In this document: in pieces, positions 1 to 8,070 of the stretch
Layout of the letters: each line of letters starts with the position of its first letter
How positions within the stretch are numbered: the stretch's first letter is position 1
Origin: Candidatus Saccharimonas aalborgensis
GTDB taxonomy: Bacteria > Patescibacteriota > Saccharimonadia > Saccharimonadales > Saccharimonadaceae
Direction: 5' to 3'
DNA length: 32,000 nucleotides
Assembly: GCF_000392435.1 (NCBI RefSeq)
Contig: NC_021219.1
Coordinates: forward strand, 30,001-62,000
The notes under the pieces: model-generated
Database searches by the model: none
What the model was told of the DNA's origin: nothing
The model's input: the letters and a program-made list of their open reading frames with translations, nothing else
Translations under genes and position numbers: made by a program

Positions 1-1194
1 GCCGATAAACATGATGTAGGGAATAGCTTTTTTGACGGCAGTCTTGAGCTGCTTATCGATCTTTCGCCCGGTGAAATCAAGCTCAACATTGACTCCTTCA
101 CCGCGAAATTCCTTTGCCAATTTGGCGGCACCACGCAAGCTATCACCGACGACAATCATATAAATATCAGTTGTTGAGAAAAATGTTGGCAATAACCCAT
201 GTGTTTCGAGGAAAAGCTGCGTCATCGTCAGCCCAGGTGCAAACCCAACTGCACTGACCGGATCGGCGCCAAACAGGCTCACCAAACCATCATAGCGGCC
301 ACCACCGAAGAGCGCTCGGTTGTTTTCGGGGTGCGTGTCAAAAAATTCAAACACCGTGCCCGTGTAGTAGTCAAGCCCCCTCATGAGAGTGATGTCAAAT
401 ACGGCGTTTTTTACTCCTGCACGCTCGAGATGAGTGAAAAGCTCTTGAATTTCTTTGACAGCTTCGCTATCACGGATTGCTTCGGGGAGGTCGGCCATGG
501 TCTTGGCAGCGAGAAGCTGTGCAATCTTTTGTAGTCCCGTCGGTGCTGCCTCTTGCCCGAAGATGTCAATCGCTTGATCACGAAATGCATCCGACGCAAT
601 TTTACCTTTTCGATCAAACAGTTTTATCATCAACTGCGCCTGGATCGTGTCAAGCCCCAGGTAGTGTGCCATCATAAAGTTGATCACTTGCCGGTTATTG
701 ATACGGATGGCAAACATGTCATCAGCGGCGCCAAATGCTTTCATAAGGTCGTACCCCATCGAGATAATTTCTGCCTCAGGCAGTGCACCATCCATGCCGA
801 AAATATCGCAGTTGAGTTGCCAAAACTCGCGCTCACGACCCCTTTGAGGGCGTTCGTAGCGCATATACTGACCGATGTTGTACCATCGTGCCGGATAGGC
901 TATCTCCTGACGCCGCGCGGCGATCATACGACTGACACTCGGCGTCATTTCCGGTCGAATCGCTACTCGCCGTTCACCACGGTCAACAAACTGATAGGTT
1001 TGCTCATTGACAAGCTCTTGGCCACTCTTGGCAGCATATACTTCGATCGGCTCGAGTAATGGTGCGTCGTAGGCCTCATAGCCGTAACTTTTGACGATTC
1101 GCCGCCAGGTGCGAAAAATATAATTACGCACACGCATATCTTCGGGATACCAGTCCCGCGCGCCTTTGTACGATTCAGATGAGAGTGAGGTCAT
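1..1194 (-). CDS. hisS: Histidyl-tRNA synthetase; the C-terminal end runs off the window start
   Basis: The minus-strand frame is open from the ATG at 1194..1192 down to position 1. It is absent from the ORF track because no stop lies inside the window. My translation starts MTSLSSESYKGARDWYPEDMRVRNYIF. It contains FVDRGERRVAIRPEMTPSVSRM, RYERPQRGREREFWQLNCDIFG (class II motif 2-like) and ALFGGGRYDGLV (HisRS motif 3). Confidence 0.9.
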   Translation of the reverse strand, partial: MTSLSSESYKGARDWYPEDMRVRNYIFRTWRRIVKSYGYEAYDAPLLEPIEVYAAKSGQELVNEQTYQFVDRGERRVAIRPEMTPSVSRMIAARRQEIAYPARWYNIGQYMRYERPQRGREREFWQLNCDIFGMDGALPEAEIISMGYDLMKAFGAADDMFAIRINNRQVINFMMAHYLGLDTIQAQLMIKLFDRKGKIASDAFRDQAIDIFGQEAAPTGLQKIAQLLAAKTMADLPEAIRDSEAVKEIQELFTHLERAGVKNAVFDITLMRGLDYYTGTVFEFFDTHPENNRALFGGGRYDGLVSLFGADPVSAVGFAPGLTMTQLFLETHGLLPTFFSTTDIYMIVVGDSLRGAAKLAKEFRGEGVNVELDFTGRKIDKQLKTAVKKAIPYIMFIG

Positions 1195-1244
1195 AGTATC
1201 TGTTATTGTTTCATATTTCCCTGCATCACGCAAGGAAAAGCGGG

Positions 1245-1781
1245 TTAGTTCAACACGTGCTGTTGGAGCCACGCATACATGGCGATCCCTGCTGCCACGC
1301 CGACGTTGATACTACGGGTACTACCAAACTGCTCAATCGCGACAGTTTGCTCAGCGTAGTTGCGGAGTTTCTCAGAGATGCCCGGTCCCTCTGCGCCAAA
1401 TAGCAGCACACAGTCCTCGGGCAATAGTGCCTCGGATAGCAGAGACGCGTCTTCGCAGTTATCCACAGCAATCAGTCTCTTCTTGTACTGCCGCATCGCC
1501 GCCACGAAGCTATCGGCGTTGGCATAGTAATGCACATGCAGGTACTTGTCGGTCATCATGGCACCGCGCTTATTCCACTGGCGGCTGCCAATGATGTGCA
1601 CGTGCCGCACACCAAAGGCATTGGCACTGCGAACGATTGTTCCCATGTTGTAATCGCGTGACACATTATCGAGAGCGATTTCGAGCGAGATTGCGTCGGT
1701 ATCGAGATCAGCCACGATCGCATCGATCGACTTGCCTTTGTAAGCATCGATGAGGTTACGGCTATCGTGAGGGGCTTCCAT
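1245..1781 (-). CDS. SpoU/TrmH-family RNA 2'-O-methyltransferase
   Basis: 178-aa ORF. GTIVRSANAFGV, LLFGAEGPGIS and STRSINVGVAAGIAMY match the three SpoU methylase motifs. Confidence 0.8.
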   Translation of the reverse strand: MEAPHDSRNLIDAYKGKSIDAIVADLDTDAISLEIALDNVSRDYNMGTIVRSANAFGVRHVHIIGSRQWNKRGAMMTDKYLHVHYYANADSFVAAMRQYKKRLIAVDNCEDASLLSEALLPEDCVLLFGAEGPGISEKLRNYAEQTVAIEQFGSTRSINVGVAAGIAMYAWLQQHVLN

Positions 1782-1846
1782 ATTTTTTAGTATACAAAAA
1801 ACACGCCGATTTCGACGTGCTGACTATGAGCTAGAGAGGGTTTTCC

Positions 1847-1970
1847 CCGAGAGACAGGTCTCACCTACCATTCGCGCCGAAGCGCCAGGTCAGTGATCCA
1901 GTGTCTCTCGGGTATTCACCCCCTACGCGGTTGGAGTTCTGGCACGGCGCGGTGAAGCGCAGTGCCAGAA
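1847..1970 (-). terminator. Two strong hairpins in the 3' region of the GC-rich 104-aa gene
   Basis: Hairpin 1 pairs TTCTGGCAC (1937-1945) with GTGCCAGAA (1962-1970), plus an inner GCGC/GCGC extension. Hairpin 2 is a perfect 10-bp inverted repeat, CCGAGAGACA (1847-1856) with TGTCTCTCGG (1902-1911). Both lie just downstream of the minus-strand stop at 1981. No clear U-tract follows, so terminator function is inferred. Confidence 0.45.
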
Positions 1971-1980
1971 CCAGGACGGA

Positions 1981-2295
1981 CTACTTCTTGGACCGGTCGA
2001 CGGTCCGTCCGGCCCAAGCGAGGGCCTTCTTGGCCGCGTCGGCGCCGGCCTGGAGCTGCTCTCCCCGGGCCTTATCCGCGGGGGACAGGGCGTGGAAGGC
2101 GGCCCCGACGGCGTCGTCGAAGTTGTCGGCGCCGAGTTCCGCCACCCGGTCCAGGACCCGGTGGGCGAAGACGGTGGCGAAGCCACCCACCTGGCGGACG
2201 GCCCCGCACTTGTGGGCGAGGTCGATGACCTTCGCGGCGCGGTCGGCGACGGCGGCCTGGCTGGCGGCGAGGATGTCGAATCCCATTGTTTCCAT
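1981..2295 (-). CDS. Hypothetical Ala-rich, probably all-helical protein of 104 aa (GC-rich cassette 1)
   Basis: The ORF has GC-rich third codon positions. A weak Shine-Dalgarno (GAAAGGA) precedes the ATG at 2295. It has its own upstream promoter and downstream hairpins. I recognise no family motif. Confidence 0.6.
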   Translation of the reverse strand: METMGFDILAASQAAVADRAAKVIDLAHKCGAVRQVGGFATVFAHRVLDRVAELGADNFDDAVGAAFHALSPADKARGEQLQAGADAAKKALAWAGRTVDRSKK

Positions 2296-2384
2296 CCTTT
2301 CTGGCCTTTTTCAAGGGCCAGGTTGTAGGGGGATGAAGGTCTAGTCGTGAGTCGGTATTACTTCGATTCACGAACTCAGTACGC

Positions 2385-2413
2385 ATTATAGCATAAGCCT
2401 TAATTTTTGTCAA
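2385..2413 (-). promoter_or_regulatory. Sigma70-type promoter for the 104-aa gene
   Basis: On the minus strand, TTGACA (2413..2408), a 17-nt spacer, then TATAAT (2390..2385). It sits in an AT-rich patch about 90 nt upstream of the start codon. Confidence 0.6.
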
Positions 2414-2551
2414 TATGCTTGAGCGTTTGCCGTATGATATAGTGGGATGAGATGCAGATGTGACGGCTGCGTGAAACGCAAATGATTGTAGACGCGCTAG
2501 GCGTTGTATAATGTACAGGTACCGTCTCATTACATATCACATTTTATGTAT

Positions 2552-2638
2552 GCGGATATGGCGGAATTGGTAGACGCGCTAGCTTCAGGTGCTAGTGTAC
2601 GTAAGTACGTGGAGGTTCAAGTCCTCTTATCCGCACCA
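2552..2638 (+). tRNA. tRNA-Leu (anticodon CAG), type II with long variable arm, CCA encoded
   Basis: The acceptor stem is GCGGATA/TATCCGC. The D region is GGCGGAATTGGTAGACGC. The anticodon arm CTAGC-TTCAGGT-GCTAG gives anticodon CAG. The variable arm is GTAC-GTAA-GTAC and the T arm is GGAGG-TTCAAGT-CCTCT, followed by ACCA. Confidence 0.92.
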
Positions 2639-2675
2639 ACGATACAGCCCGGCCTCGTGTCGGGTTTTATCGTTG
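2639..2675 (+). terminator. Intrinsic terminator after tRNA-Leu(CAG)
   Basis: The inner stem is CCCGGC/GTCGGG with loop CTCGT, followed by TTTT. The outer arms are AACGATA/TATCGTT. Confidence 0.6.
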
Positions 2676-2700
2676 GTATGCATTAGCACTTGGAGCTTCA

Positions 2701-2812
2701 CGTCGTGGAGGTGAGAACTGCCAGTGGTAGTTCGGAAACGAATCTTCCGACGAAAGCTATGCTTTCTACGCGCGAGTTCGGGGGTCGCGGAACGTGACCA
2801 AGTCCTCTTATC
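2701..2812 (+). repeat. tRNA-Leu-linked conserved structured element, copy A (candidate ncRNA or att remnant)
   Basis: Copy A shares GTGGNGGTGAGAACTGCC...GTTCG..AA.GAAACG with copy B (7947-8066) and aligns with copy C (7620-7740). Hairpin H1 is at 2715-2733 and H2 (GAAAGC-TAT-GCTTTC) at 2752-2766. It ends in CAAGTCCTCTTATC (2799-2812), identical to T-loop/acceptor positions 2618-2631 of the upstream tRNA. Confidence 0.55.
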
Positions 2813-2839
2813 ATTGGTGGAGTATTAGAGTAAACTGCG

Positions 2840-3826
2840 TCAAGTTGCTTTCTCTTTGGCTGCGCGCATTGTCGCCCCGGCCAATCCATACACGTTTGTC
2901 GCACTATGGTCAGCATACTTTCCGGTGAGCCGTATCGGAACATATCGCGTAGTCAGGTTGCGGTCGTGCTCGATGGAAGTGCGTATATTGAGATTTGCTT
3001 CATCTGGAGAGACAGTTCCGGTACGCGCCCACACGTGAGCAACGCCGGCTCCTTTGTCGAGAGCATGGCGAATATCATACTCAAGTCGCATTCGGCGCAT
3101 CAAACCCACTATTGCCAAGTTATCTAATCGTGCAGCCCCTATTCCATATAGCATCATCCCGCGTGCAGTGAGTGATTCCAGATGTGCGGCTACTAGAGGT
3201 GATGCGGCATCGTCCTGACGGTTAAGCGAGATATTTGCGGCAAGTTGCTTGCCATCGGTCATAAAAGCCTTGATAAGTTCGTAATGGCTCCGATCTACTA
3301 CGGTAGGAGACTCAAATACCACCATGCTATGAAGAGCCGTATCGGGGTGAGACGCATATGGACCAACGATGGCAGCGCCCTGTGATGGCCCAAAAGTCAT
3401 CACCTCTCCAGCTTCGCCTATCTCTATACGTGCCCGATCAATAAGTGGCGAGGCATCGCCGTGCCTAATACGTGTACGCTCACTGTTAGATAGATTCACA
3501 TTGTCTTCCAAACACGTTGTATTTGGTTGATATATGAGTTTTGATGATGGATTCACCATCGCCCTTATTACGCGAGCCCTTGCCACGGCAGGAATAGATA
3601 TACCATTTGCGTATTCGGCAGGTACCCAGAGAACGCTGTCGTCCCAATCTTTAGGCGTATCGACAACGAGCCTAAAGGCCCTCCCCGCTAGCTCTCTACG
3701 AACAGTATGCGAGCTAACCCACTCTGCATGGTCCGAAAGAGCCTGCTCGACAATAGAGGCTATGAGCTCATCATCCTCGCCAGATACATATGCTTTAGCT
3801 TCAGGATACAGGTCGGTCCAGATCAT
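2840..3826 (-). CDS. Hypothetical protein, 328 aa
   Basis: Long ORF with backbone-like composition. No motif recognised. Confidence 0.6.
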   Translation of the reverse strand: MIWTDLYPEAKAYVSGEDDELIASIVEQALSDHAEWVSSHTVRRELAGRAFRLVVDTPKDWDDSVLWVPAEYANGISIPAVARARVIRAMVNPSSKLIYQPNTTCLEDNVNLSNSERTRIRHGDASPLIDRARIEIGEAGEVMTFGPSQGAAIVGPYASHPDTALHSMVVFESPTVVDRSHYELIKAFMTDGKQLAANISLNRQDDAASPLVAAHLESLTARGMMLYGIGAARLDNLAIVGLMRRMRLEYDIRHALDKGAGVAHVWARTGTVSPDEANLNIRTSIEHDRNLTTRYVPIRLTGKYADHSATNVYGLAGATMRAAKEKAT

Positions 3827-3922
3827 TATGGATCAAGAATACCCTATGCTTTGACATATATCAATATACATTTGATAAGATGTTACCAAGAGAATACATA
3901 ACCATGAGCTATATGGTAGACT

Positions 3923-4507
3923 GTGAGTATGGCAATGAGTTCAAAAGGATTTACGATTCTCGAGTTAATTGTCGTAATTGTCGTTATCGGAACTCTCACC
4001 ACAATCACGGTTGTCGCATTCAATGGCATCCAAGATCGTGCCTATATGTCTCAGATATACGCCAACGTGAGTAGCACCGCAAAGTTAATGAACAGCTATC
4101 ATATATTCAACAGAACCTACCCAATTGTTGCAAACACAAACTGTATCGGAAAAGTGAGCGATTACCCGGCGACGGGAGGGTTTGCGGCGGGGTCTTGCGG
4201 TATTGATACAAGCAATAACTCCTCATGGGGACAAGCAAATGACTCGTTTATGACGATGCTCGGCACAATGGGGACCGTACCAACCGGTACAACACCCCGG
4301 ATTGCCACCCATTACGGGATAAAGTATCGCGGCATTTATTTCCAGATAAATGACTACCCCAAAGGATCGGCGTGGCCCGACTCGGTATTCTTTGAATTTG
4401 CCGTACCGGGCAAGCTAGACTGCCAGGGAAAACCTTACATTTCCCGTTATGACTCGTCGGGTAATTCGACCTATTGTTCGTACTACTTCAACGCAGAGGG
4501 GAACTAG
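3923..4507 (+). CDS. Type IV pilin-like protein (prepilin N-terminal methylation motif)
   Basis: The N-terminus ..SSKG/FTILELIVVIVVIGTLTTITVVAF is a classical class III signal with a hydrophobic helix. The true start may be the ATG at 3929 or 3935 rather than the GTG at 3923. Confidence 0.8.
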   Translation: MSMAMSSKGFTILELIVVIVVIGTLTTITVVAFNGIQDRAYMSQIYANVSSTAKLMNSYHIFNRTYPIVANTNCIGKVSDYPATGGFAAGSCGIDTSNNSSWGQANDSFMTMLGTMGTVPTGTTPRIATHYGIKYRGIYFQINDYPKGSAWPDSVFFEFAVPGKLDCQGKPYISRYDSSGNSTYCSYYFNAEGN

Positions 4508-4525
4508 TCCCACACCGCTTAAGAT

Positions 4526-5062
4526 CTACTGTTCACCCGGAACCCAAGATTTCCCGCCGCGACGTAGTGGAGGAAGTGAAAGATGATCGAAGGTGTCTTC
4601 GTACACGGTTACTCCCGCCTCTCGCATAAGTTCGTCACCAAATCTGATACTTTCACCCCAGTGATCATCTCCATACACGACAGGAAACCGCACGACGTGT
4701 CGTATCCCAGACTCTATAATCATACGATCACACTCTGTACATCCTACCCACGGACTAACAAGGCAGGCGCGCCAAGTAGCTTGGCCCAATCGCGCTGCTT
4801 GGGCGATCGCTCGGCGCTCGGCGTGTTCATAAAAACGCAACTTTGTCTCGCGATCTGTGCGACGCGGCTTAGTGTCCTTGACGCCACGCGGCGTTCCGTT
4901 GAATCCGACACCGATTATGTCGCCAGTTTGGCCGAGAATAACTGCACCAGTCTGCGATGAAGGATCTTTGCTCTGAAGTGCAACCTTAAATGCAGCGATC
5001 ATTGCGATATCGATAACATCTGGCGATTGGCCCGTTTGTGCAAATTCGGCACGTGTCAACAT
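4526..5062 (-). CDS. dCMP/CMP deaminase family protein (ComEB-like)
   Basis: HAERRAI (the H-A-E zinc/catalytic motif) and GCTECDRMI (C-x-x-C) occur at the expected spacing in a 178-aa protein. Confidence 0.8.
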   Translation of the reverse strand: MLTRAEFAQTGQSPDVIDIAMIAAFKVALQSKDPSSQTGAVILGQTGDIIGVGFNGTPRGVKDTKPRRTDRETKLRFYEHAERRAIAQAARLGQATWRACLVSPWVGCTECDRMIIESGIRHVVRFPVVYGDDHWGESIRFGDELMREAGVTVYEDTFDHLSLPPLRRGGKSWVPGEQ

Positions 5063-5136
5063 AGTGTCTCTGTTTCCTCTTTAAGCTACGCTGAGTATAC
5101 ACCGATTTACGGTAATCTCAAGCATAAGAGATGTAG

Positions 5137-6759
5137 TTATATCCCAAATCGACCAAGTTGCCCGACGTCATGATGATCGCGCAATAACTCGGCGAGATGT
5201 TTGACATCGTTGGCAGCTTTTACCCCGGGGTTGAGGATACCATGCGGATCAAAAACGCTCTTGATATCCTGATAAAGTTTCACCTGTGTTTCATCAAGCT
5301 GGGCATAGACGAACTTTCCCTTTAGTCTCCCCTCGCCGCCTTCACTAATCATCGTCCCGCCACATGATGTGACGAGTGAGGTGAGTTCATCGAGCAATTT
5401 AAAGATAAGTTGTTTGTCGCTGACCTTGTGGAGTGACAGAGAGGGATACACGGTATAGGTACCAGTATAGGCATGTCCTGCAAGCGGGAGCGCGGTGTGG
5501 AGCTTGTCAGCAAGCTCGCTCAAATGCCCGCAAAATTCTTCAAACCTCTCGCCAGGAATATGAAAGCCACCGTAAAGTCCTGGCGAGGCGGTCTCGACTG
5601 TGTCGGGGAATGATGTGTAATACGCAACATCCAGCGCTGCCATGAGGTCGCCTGCAACATCACCATTGGCGGTAGTCACTGCGACGTTTGCCTTTGCTAC
5701 CAACTTTACCACTTTTTTGAGCTGTTTTTCTCGATGACGTTCGTTGAAGTCGTCAAATCCTAGCAGTATTACCGATTCGCCAGGTGTCTTTGCGACTGCT
5801 TCTGCATAAAACTGAAAAACATGTCCCCTATCGGCAGCGGCGTCGAAGAGAGCTGCATCGAAATACTCGATAAATGCTGGCTGTAGTTTGCACAGCGCAT
5901 CGAGTGCGTCCCTGGCGTCATTGGCTGACTGGTAGACCAGAGCTGCTACGCCAAAATGCAGGCTACGGAACTCTGCGCGCATGATCATCTCAGTGATGAT
6001 GCCTAAGGTACCCTGAGAACCAACAAAGAGTGGCGTCAAGTCAAATGAGCCGTCCTTTTGTTTGACATCGGCTATCGCATTGTACCCCGTTGCATCATCG
6101 GCACGAAGTGAGTCAAGCAACTCACCATTTTCCTCTATCAGGCCATCAATTCCACGGTAAATGTCGCCTTCCATGCCCTGGAGACCTTTGCGTCGATTGA
6201 GCTCGCGCTTACTAATCCGGCCTGTCTGAATCACGTCACCGTTGGCTAGCACCACTTCGAGCTGATCAATAGCTTTTTCGATGGTCCCATACTTGCCAGA
6301 CAGGGGCCCCGCTACACCACTGGCAACAGCTCCGCCGATCGTCCCTATGCCTATCGAACCAAAGAGCGGCATGAGTGCCGTCCCATGCAGAGAAAGTGCC
6401 TGCGATACACCATGGACGGTAGCACCAGGCTGAAGTCGCAGCAGTTTTTGCTTGGCATCATACTCAAATAGTTGATTCATATGCGCCATCGTGACGAGCG
6501 AGATACCTTTGCCAATAGCCGCTCCAGTGGGGTCTGTACCGGCACCACGCACCGTAATCGGCATGACATGGCCTTTTTCGGCAAGCTGCCATGCAAAGCG
6601 CGTTACCTTGCGCACATCGTTGGTTGTCCTCGGATAGATGACGAGCTCAGGTTTTATGGAAAGCACTCCACCGTCTGTACTCACCGCTTGGCAAACATCA
6701 CTCCGTGCTGATACCTCACCGCTGATATGCCCGCGTAGGTAAGTCGCAACTTTACTCAT
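5137..6759 (-). CDS. FAD-linked oxidase (GlcD/D-lactate dehydrogenase-like)
   Basis: 540 aa. The N-terminal PCMH-type FAD-binding region (PELVIYPRTTNDVRKV..., RGAGTDPTGAAIG, GATVHGV) is followed by a C-terminal oxidase domain ending FDPHGILNPG. Confidence 0.75.
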   Translation of the reverse strand: MSKVATYLRGHISGEVSARSDVCQAVSTDGGVLSIKPELVIYPRTTNDVRKVTRFAWQLAEKGHVMPITVRGAGTDPTGAAIGKGISLVTMAHMNQLFEYDAKQKLLRLQPGATVHGVSQALSLHGTALMPLFGSIGIGTIGGAVASGVAGPLSGKYGTIEKAIDQLEVVLANGDVIQTGRISKRELNRRKGLQGMEGDIYRGIDGLIEENGELLDSLRADDATGYNAIADVKQKDGSFDLTPLFVGSQGTLGIITEMIMRAEFRSLHFGVAALVYQSANDARDALDALCKLQPAFIEYFDAALFDAAADRGHVFQFYAEAVAKTPGESVILLGFDDFNERHREKQLKKVVKLVAKANVAVTTANGDVAGDLMAALDVAYYTSFPDTVETASPGLYGGFHIPGERFEEFCGHLSELADKLHTALPLAGHAYTGTYTVYPSLSLHKVSDKQLIFKLLDELTSLVTSCGGTMISEGGEGRLKGKFVYAQLDETQVKLYQDIKSVFDPHGILNPGVKAANDVKHLAELLRDHHDVGQLGRFGI

Positions 6760-6866
6760 GGATTTCCCCCATTAGACTCTTTAGGCACAGTATAGCATAA
6801 CGGGGATGGCTCGCCAATCGTGCTTTTGGTTGACCTAGCTGGTGCATTCCCTTTACACTACTCTCT

Positions 6867-7577
6867 ATGTCGCACCAACCAGAGGCAGTCCGTGTCCCTT
6901 ATCTATTGCGTCCCCTCACCATCGATACGATGGATGAGCAACGCCCCTATTACGTGCGCCCAGGATCCATATCGATCGCGCCAGATAGTGGCGCACTCAC
7001 TCTCCAGGGAGGCGAAAAACTCAAACCCGCAAGCCTGCGTCCACCCGTCATGCTGGGTTATGTCGGTATCATGCTTGTCACTCTATTTGAGGGAGATGAC
7101 TGCACCCCGGTACGCGGGTATGTGGCAGATTTGAGGCGTATCGCAAATGGCAATCTCTTCGATACGGGCACCACTGCCGACATGCCAGGTGATCAGGAGG
7201 AGGCAAATTACTGGGAGGAAACAAGAAAGGCCGAACGTCCTATCGTTGCCTGTATTTCACGTGCTGCCATCAAGGGTGCTGAACTCATTTTCGATGGTGA
7301 CCCCCGCTTTGAGCCCGCAACACGAGAGCTGGCAGCCCTCGCCGACAAGCTTGAGGAGGAGCTCAAAAAAGAACAACTAAAAAAAGCAAAAAAGATGCGT
7401 ATCCCCAAATCACTAAAGGATACACCGTCAGCTGGCGGCTCAGACGATGACCCAGGAGACAAAGAGCCATTGAGCCCTCCGAGTGATAATCCGGATGATT
7501 CGGGCAAGGGCGGGACGAAGCTTAAAGTCCGCAAACATGGTCGCAGCGTGGAGCTAGAGACACTAGAGGATGATTGA
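6867..7577 (+). CDS. Hypothetical protein with an acidic/Lys-rich low-complexity tail
   Basis: 236-aa ORF. The start is uncertain, with an alternative ATG at 6930 (MDEQRPYY). No strong Shine-Dalgarno and no recognised domain. Confidence 0.5.
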   Translation: MSHQPEAVRVPYLLRPLTIDTMDEQRPYYVRPGSISIAPDSGALTLQGGEKLKPASLRPPVMLGYVGIMLVTLFEGDDCTPVRGYVADLRRIANGNLFDTGTTADMPGDQEEANYWEETRKAERPIVACISRAAIKGAELIFDGDPRFEPATRELAALADKLEEELKKEQLKKAKKMRIPKSLKDTPSAGGSDDDPGDKEPLSPPSDNPDDSGKGGTKLKVRKHGRSVELETLEDD

Positions 7578-7619
7578 CGAGGCTGTGCTATACTAGTGTT
7601 ATCCTGCCTGCAAACGAAC

Positions 7620-7740
7620 GTGAAATTGGTATACACGTATGCCTTAGGTGAGAGCCGCCAGTGGCGGGTCGCAAGGGAGTCCACTCTTGAAAGCTGTGCT
7701 TTCAAAGATGTGACGACGGGGTCGCGCTAGCGTGACCATA
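7620..7740 (+). repeat. tRNA-Leu-linked structured element, copy C, fused to a 29-nt 5' fragment of tRNA-Leu(TAG)
   Basis: Positions 7620-7648 (GTGAAATTGGTATACACGTATGCCTTAGG) are identical to tRNA positions 7805-7833, covering the D arm to anticodon-loop position 37. The sequence then continues into the element. H1 (GAGCCGCC-AGT-GGCGGGTC) is at 7652-7670 and H2 (TTGAAAGC-TGT-GCTTTCAA) at 7687-7705. The 3' part CGGGGTCGCG..CGTGACCA matches copy A. Confidence 0.5.
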
Positions 7741-7795
7741 TGCTAGGCCATATGCTCCTCGTCGTACATTGCGATATAATGTCCTTACAAATTAT

Positions 7796-7880
7796 GCGGA
7801 TGTGGTGAAATTGGTATACACGTATGCCTTAGGAGCATATGCCTCACGGCGTGCTGGTTCAAGTCCAGTCATCCGCACCA
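7796..7880 (+). tRNA. tRNA-Leu (anticodon TAG), CCA encoded
   Basis: The acceptor stem is GCGGATG/CATCCGC. The anticodon arm TATGC-CTTAGGA-GCATA gives anticodon TAG. A long variable region is followed by the T arm GCTGG-TTCAAGT-CCAGT, then ACCA. Confidence 0.9.
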
Positions 7881-7915
7881 ACCATAGTACCGACCCTTGT
7901 GGTCGGTTTTATGGT
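7881..7915 (+). terminator. Intrinsic terminator after tRNA-Leu(TAG)
   Basis: The stem is CCGACC/GGTCGG with loop CTTGT, followed by TTTT. The outer arms are ACCATA/TATGGT. The architecture matches the terminator after tRNA-Leu(CAG). Confidence 0.6.
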
Positions 7916-7946
7916 TAGTAAGCGATACTTTGCTGTACCAGTACCC

Positions 7947-8066
7947 GCGGCGTGGTGGTGAGAACTGCCCGTCGGCAGTTCGCAAGGAAACGTCACCGAT
8001 GAGCTAGGCTCATCTGGCTGACTTTCGGGCCCGCAGAATGTGGGCAAGTCCAGTCATCCGCACCAA
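7947..8066 (+). repeat. tRNA-Leu-linked structured element, copy B, ending in a 22-nt copy of the tRNA 3' end
   Basis: H1 (GAACTGCC-CGTC-GGCAGTTC) is at 7962-7981 and H2 (GATGAGC-TAG-GCTCATC) at 7998-8014. An enclosing helix pairs GGTGA (7957-7961) with TCACC (7993-7997). The 3' end CAAGTCCAGTCATCCGCACCAA (8045-8066) is identical to tRNA positions 7860-7881. The 5' end GCGGCGTGGTGGTGA resembles the tRNA 5' end GCGGATGTGGTGA. Confidence 0.55.
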
Positions 8067-8070
8067 ATGA

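Noticed and set aside
553-1059. 168-aa + strand ORF, with other small ORFs at 199..677
   Set aside because: They lie antisense to the clearly recognisable hisS coding frame.
1901-1910. The shared 10-mer GTGTCTCTCG (1901-1910 and 30347-30356) and the shared CCGAGAG/CTCTCGG stems (1847-1911 and 9688-9723) as a common cassette-boundary signal
   Set aside because: Matches of 7-10 nt are expected by chance many times in 32 kb. The surrounding sequence shows no extended similarity.
1901-2530. Several overlapping ORFs (1901..2344 +, 1962..2228 +, 2072..2530 -, 1923..2186 -) around the 104-aa gene
   Set aside because: The translations are Arg/Pro/Gly-rich and low in complexity, as is typical of off-frame GC-rich sequence. 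ORF 2072..2530 also runs through the promoter region. Only 1981..2295 (-) has a promoter, an SD and downstream hairpins.
7208-7705. 165-aa minus-strand ORF rich in Ser
   Set aside because: It is antisense to the acidic/Lys-rich tail of the 6867..7577 ORF and runs into structured element copy C. It has low complexity and no signals.
7620-7760. Copy C considered as an intron-containing or group I intron-interrupted tRNA-Leu
   Set aside because: The break falls exactly at the canonical 37/38 position, which is suggestive. However, the fragment lacks the 5' acceptor strand, no matching 3' exon follows, and ~100 nt is too short for a group I intron core. I treated it as a fragment junction instead.
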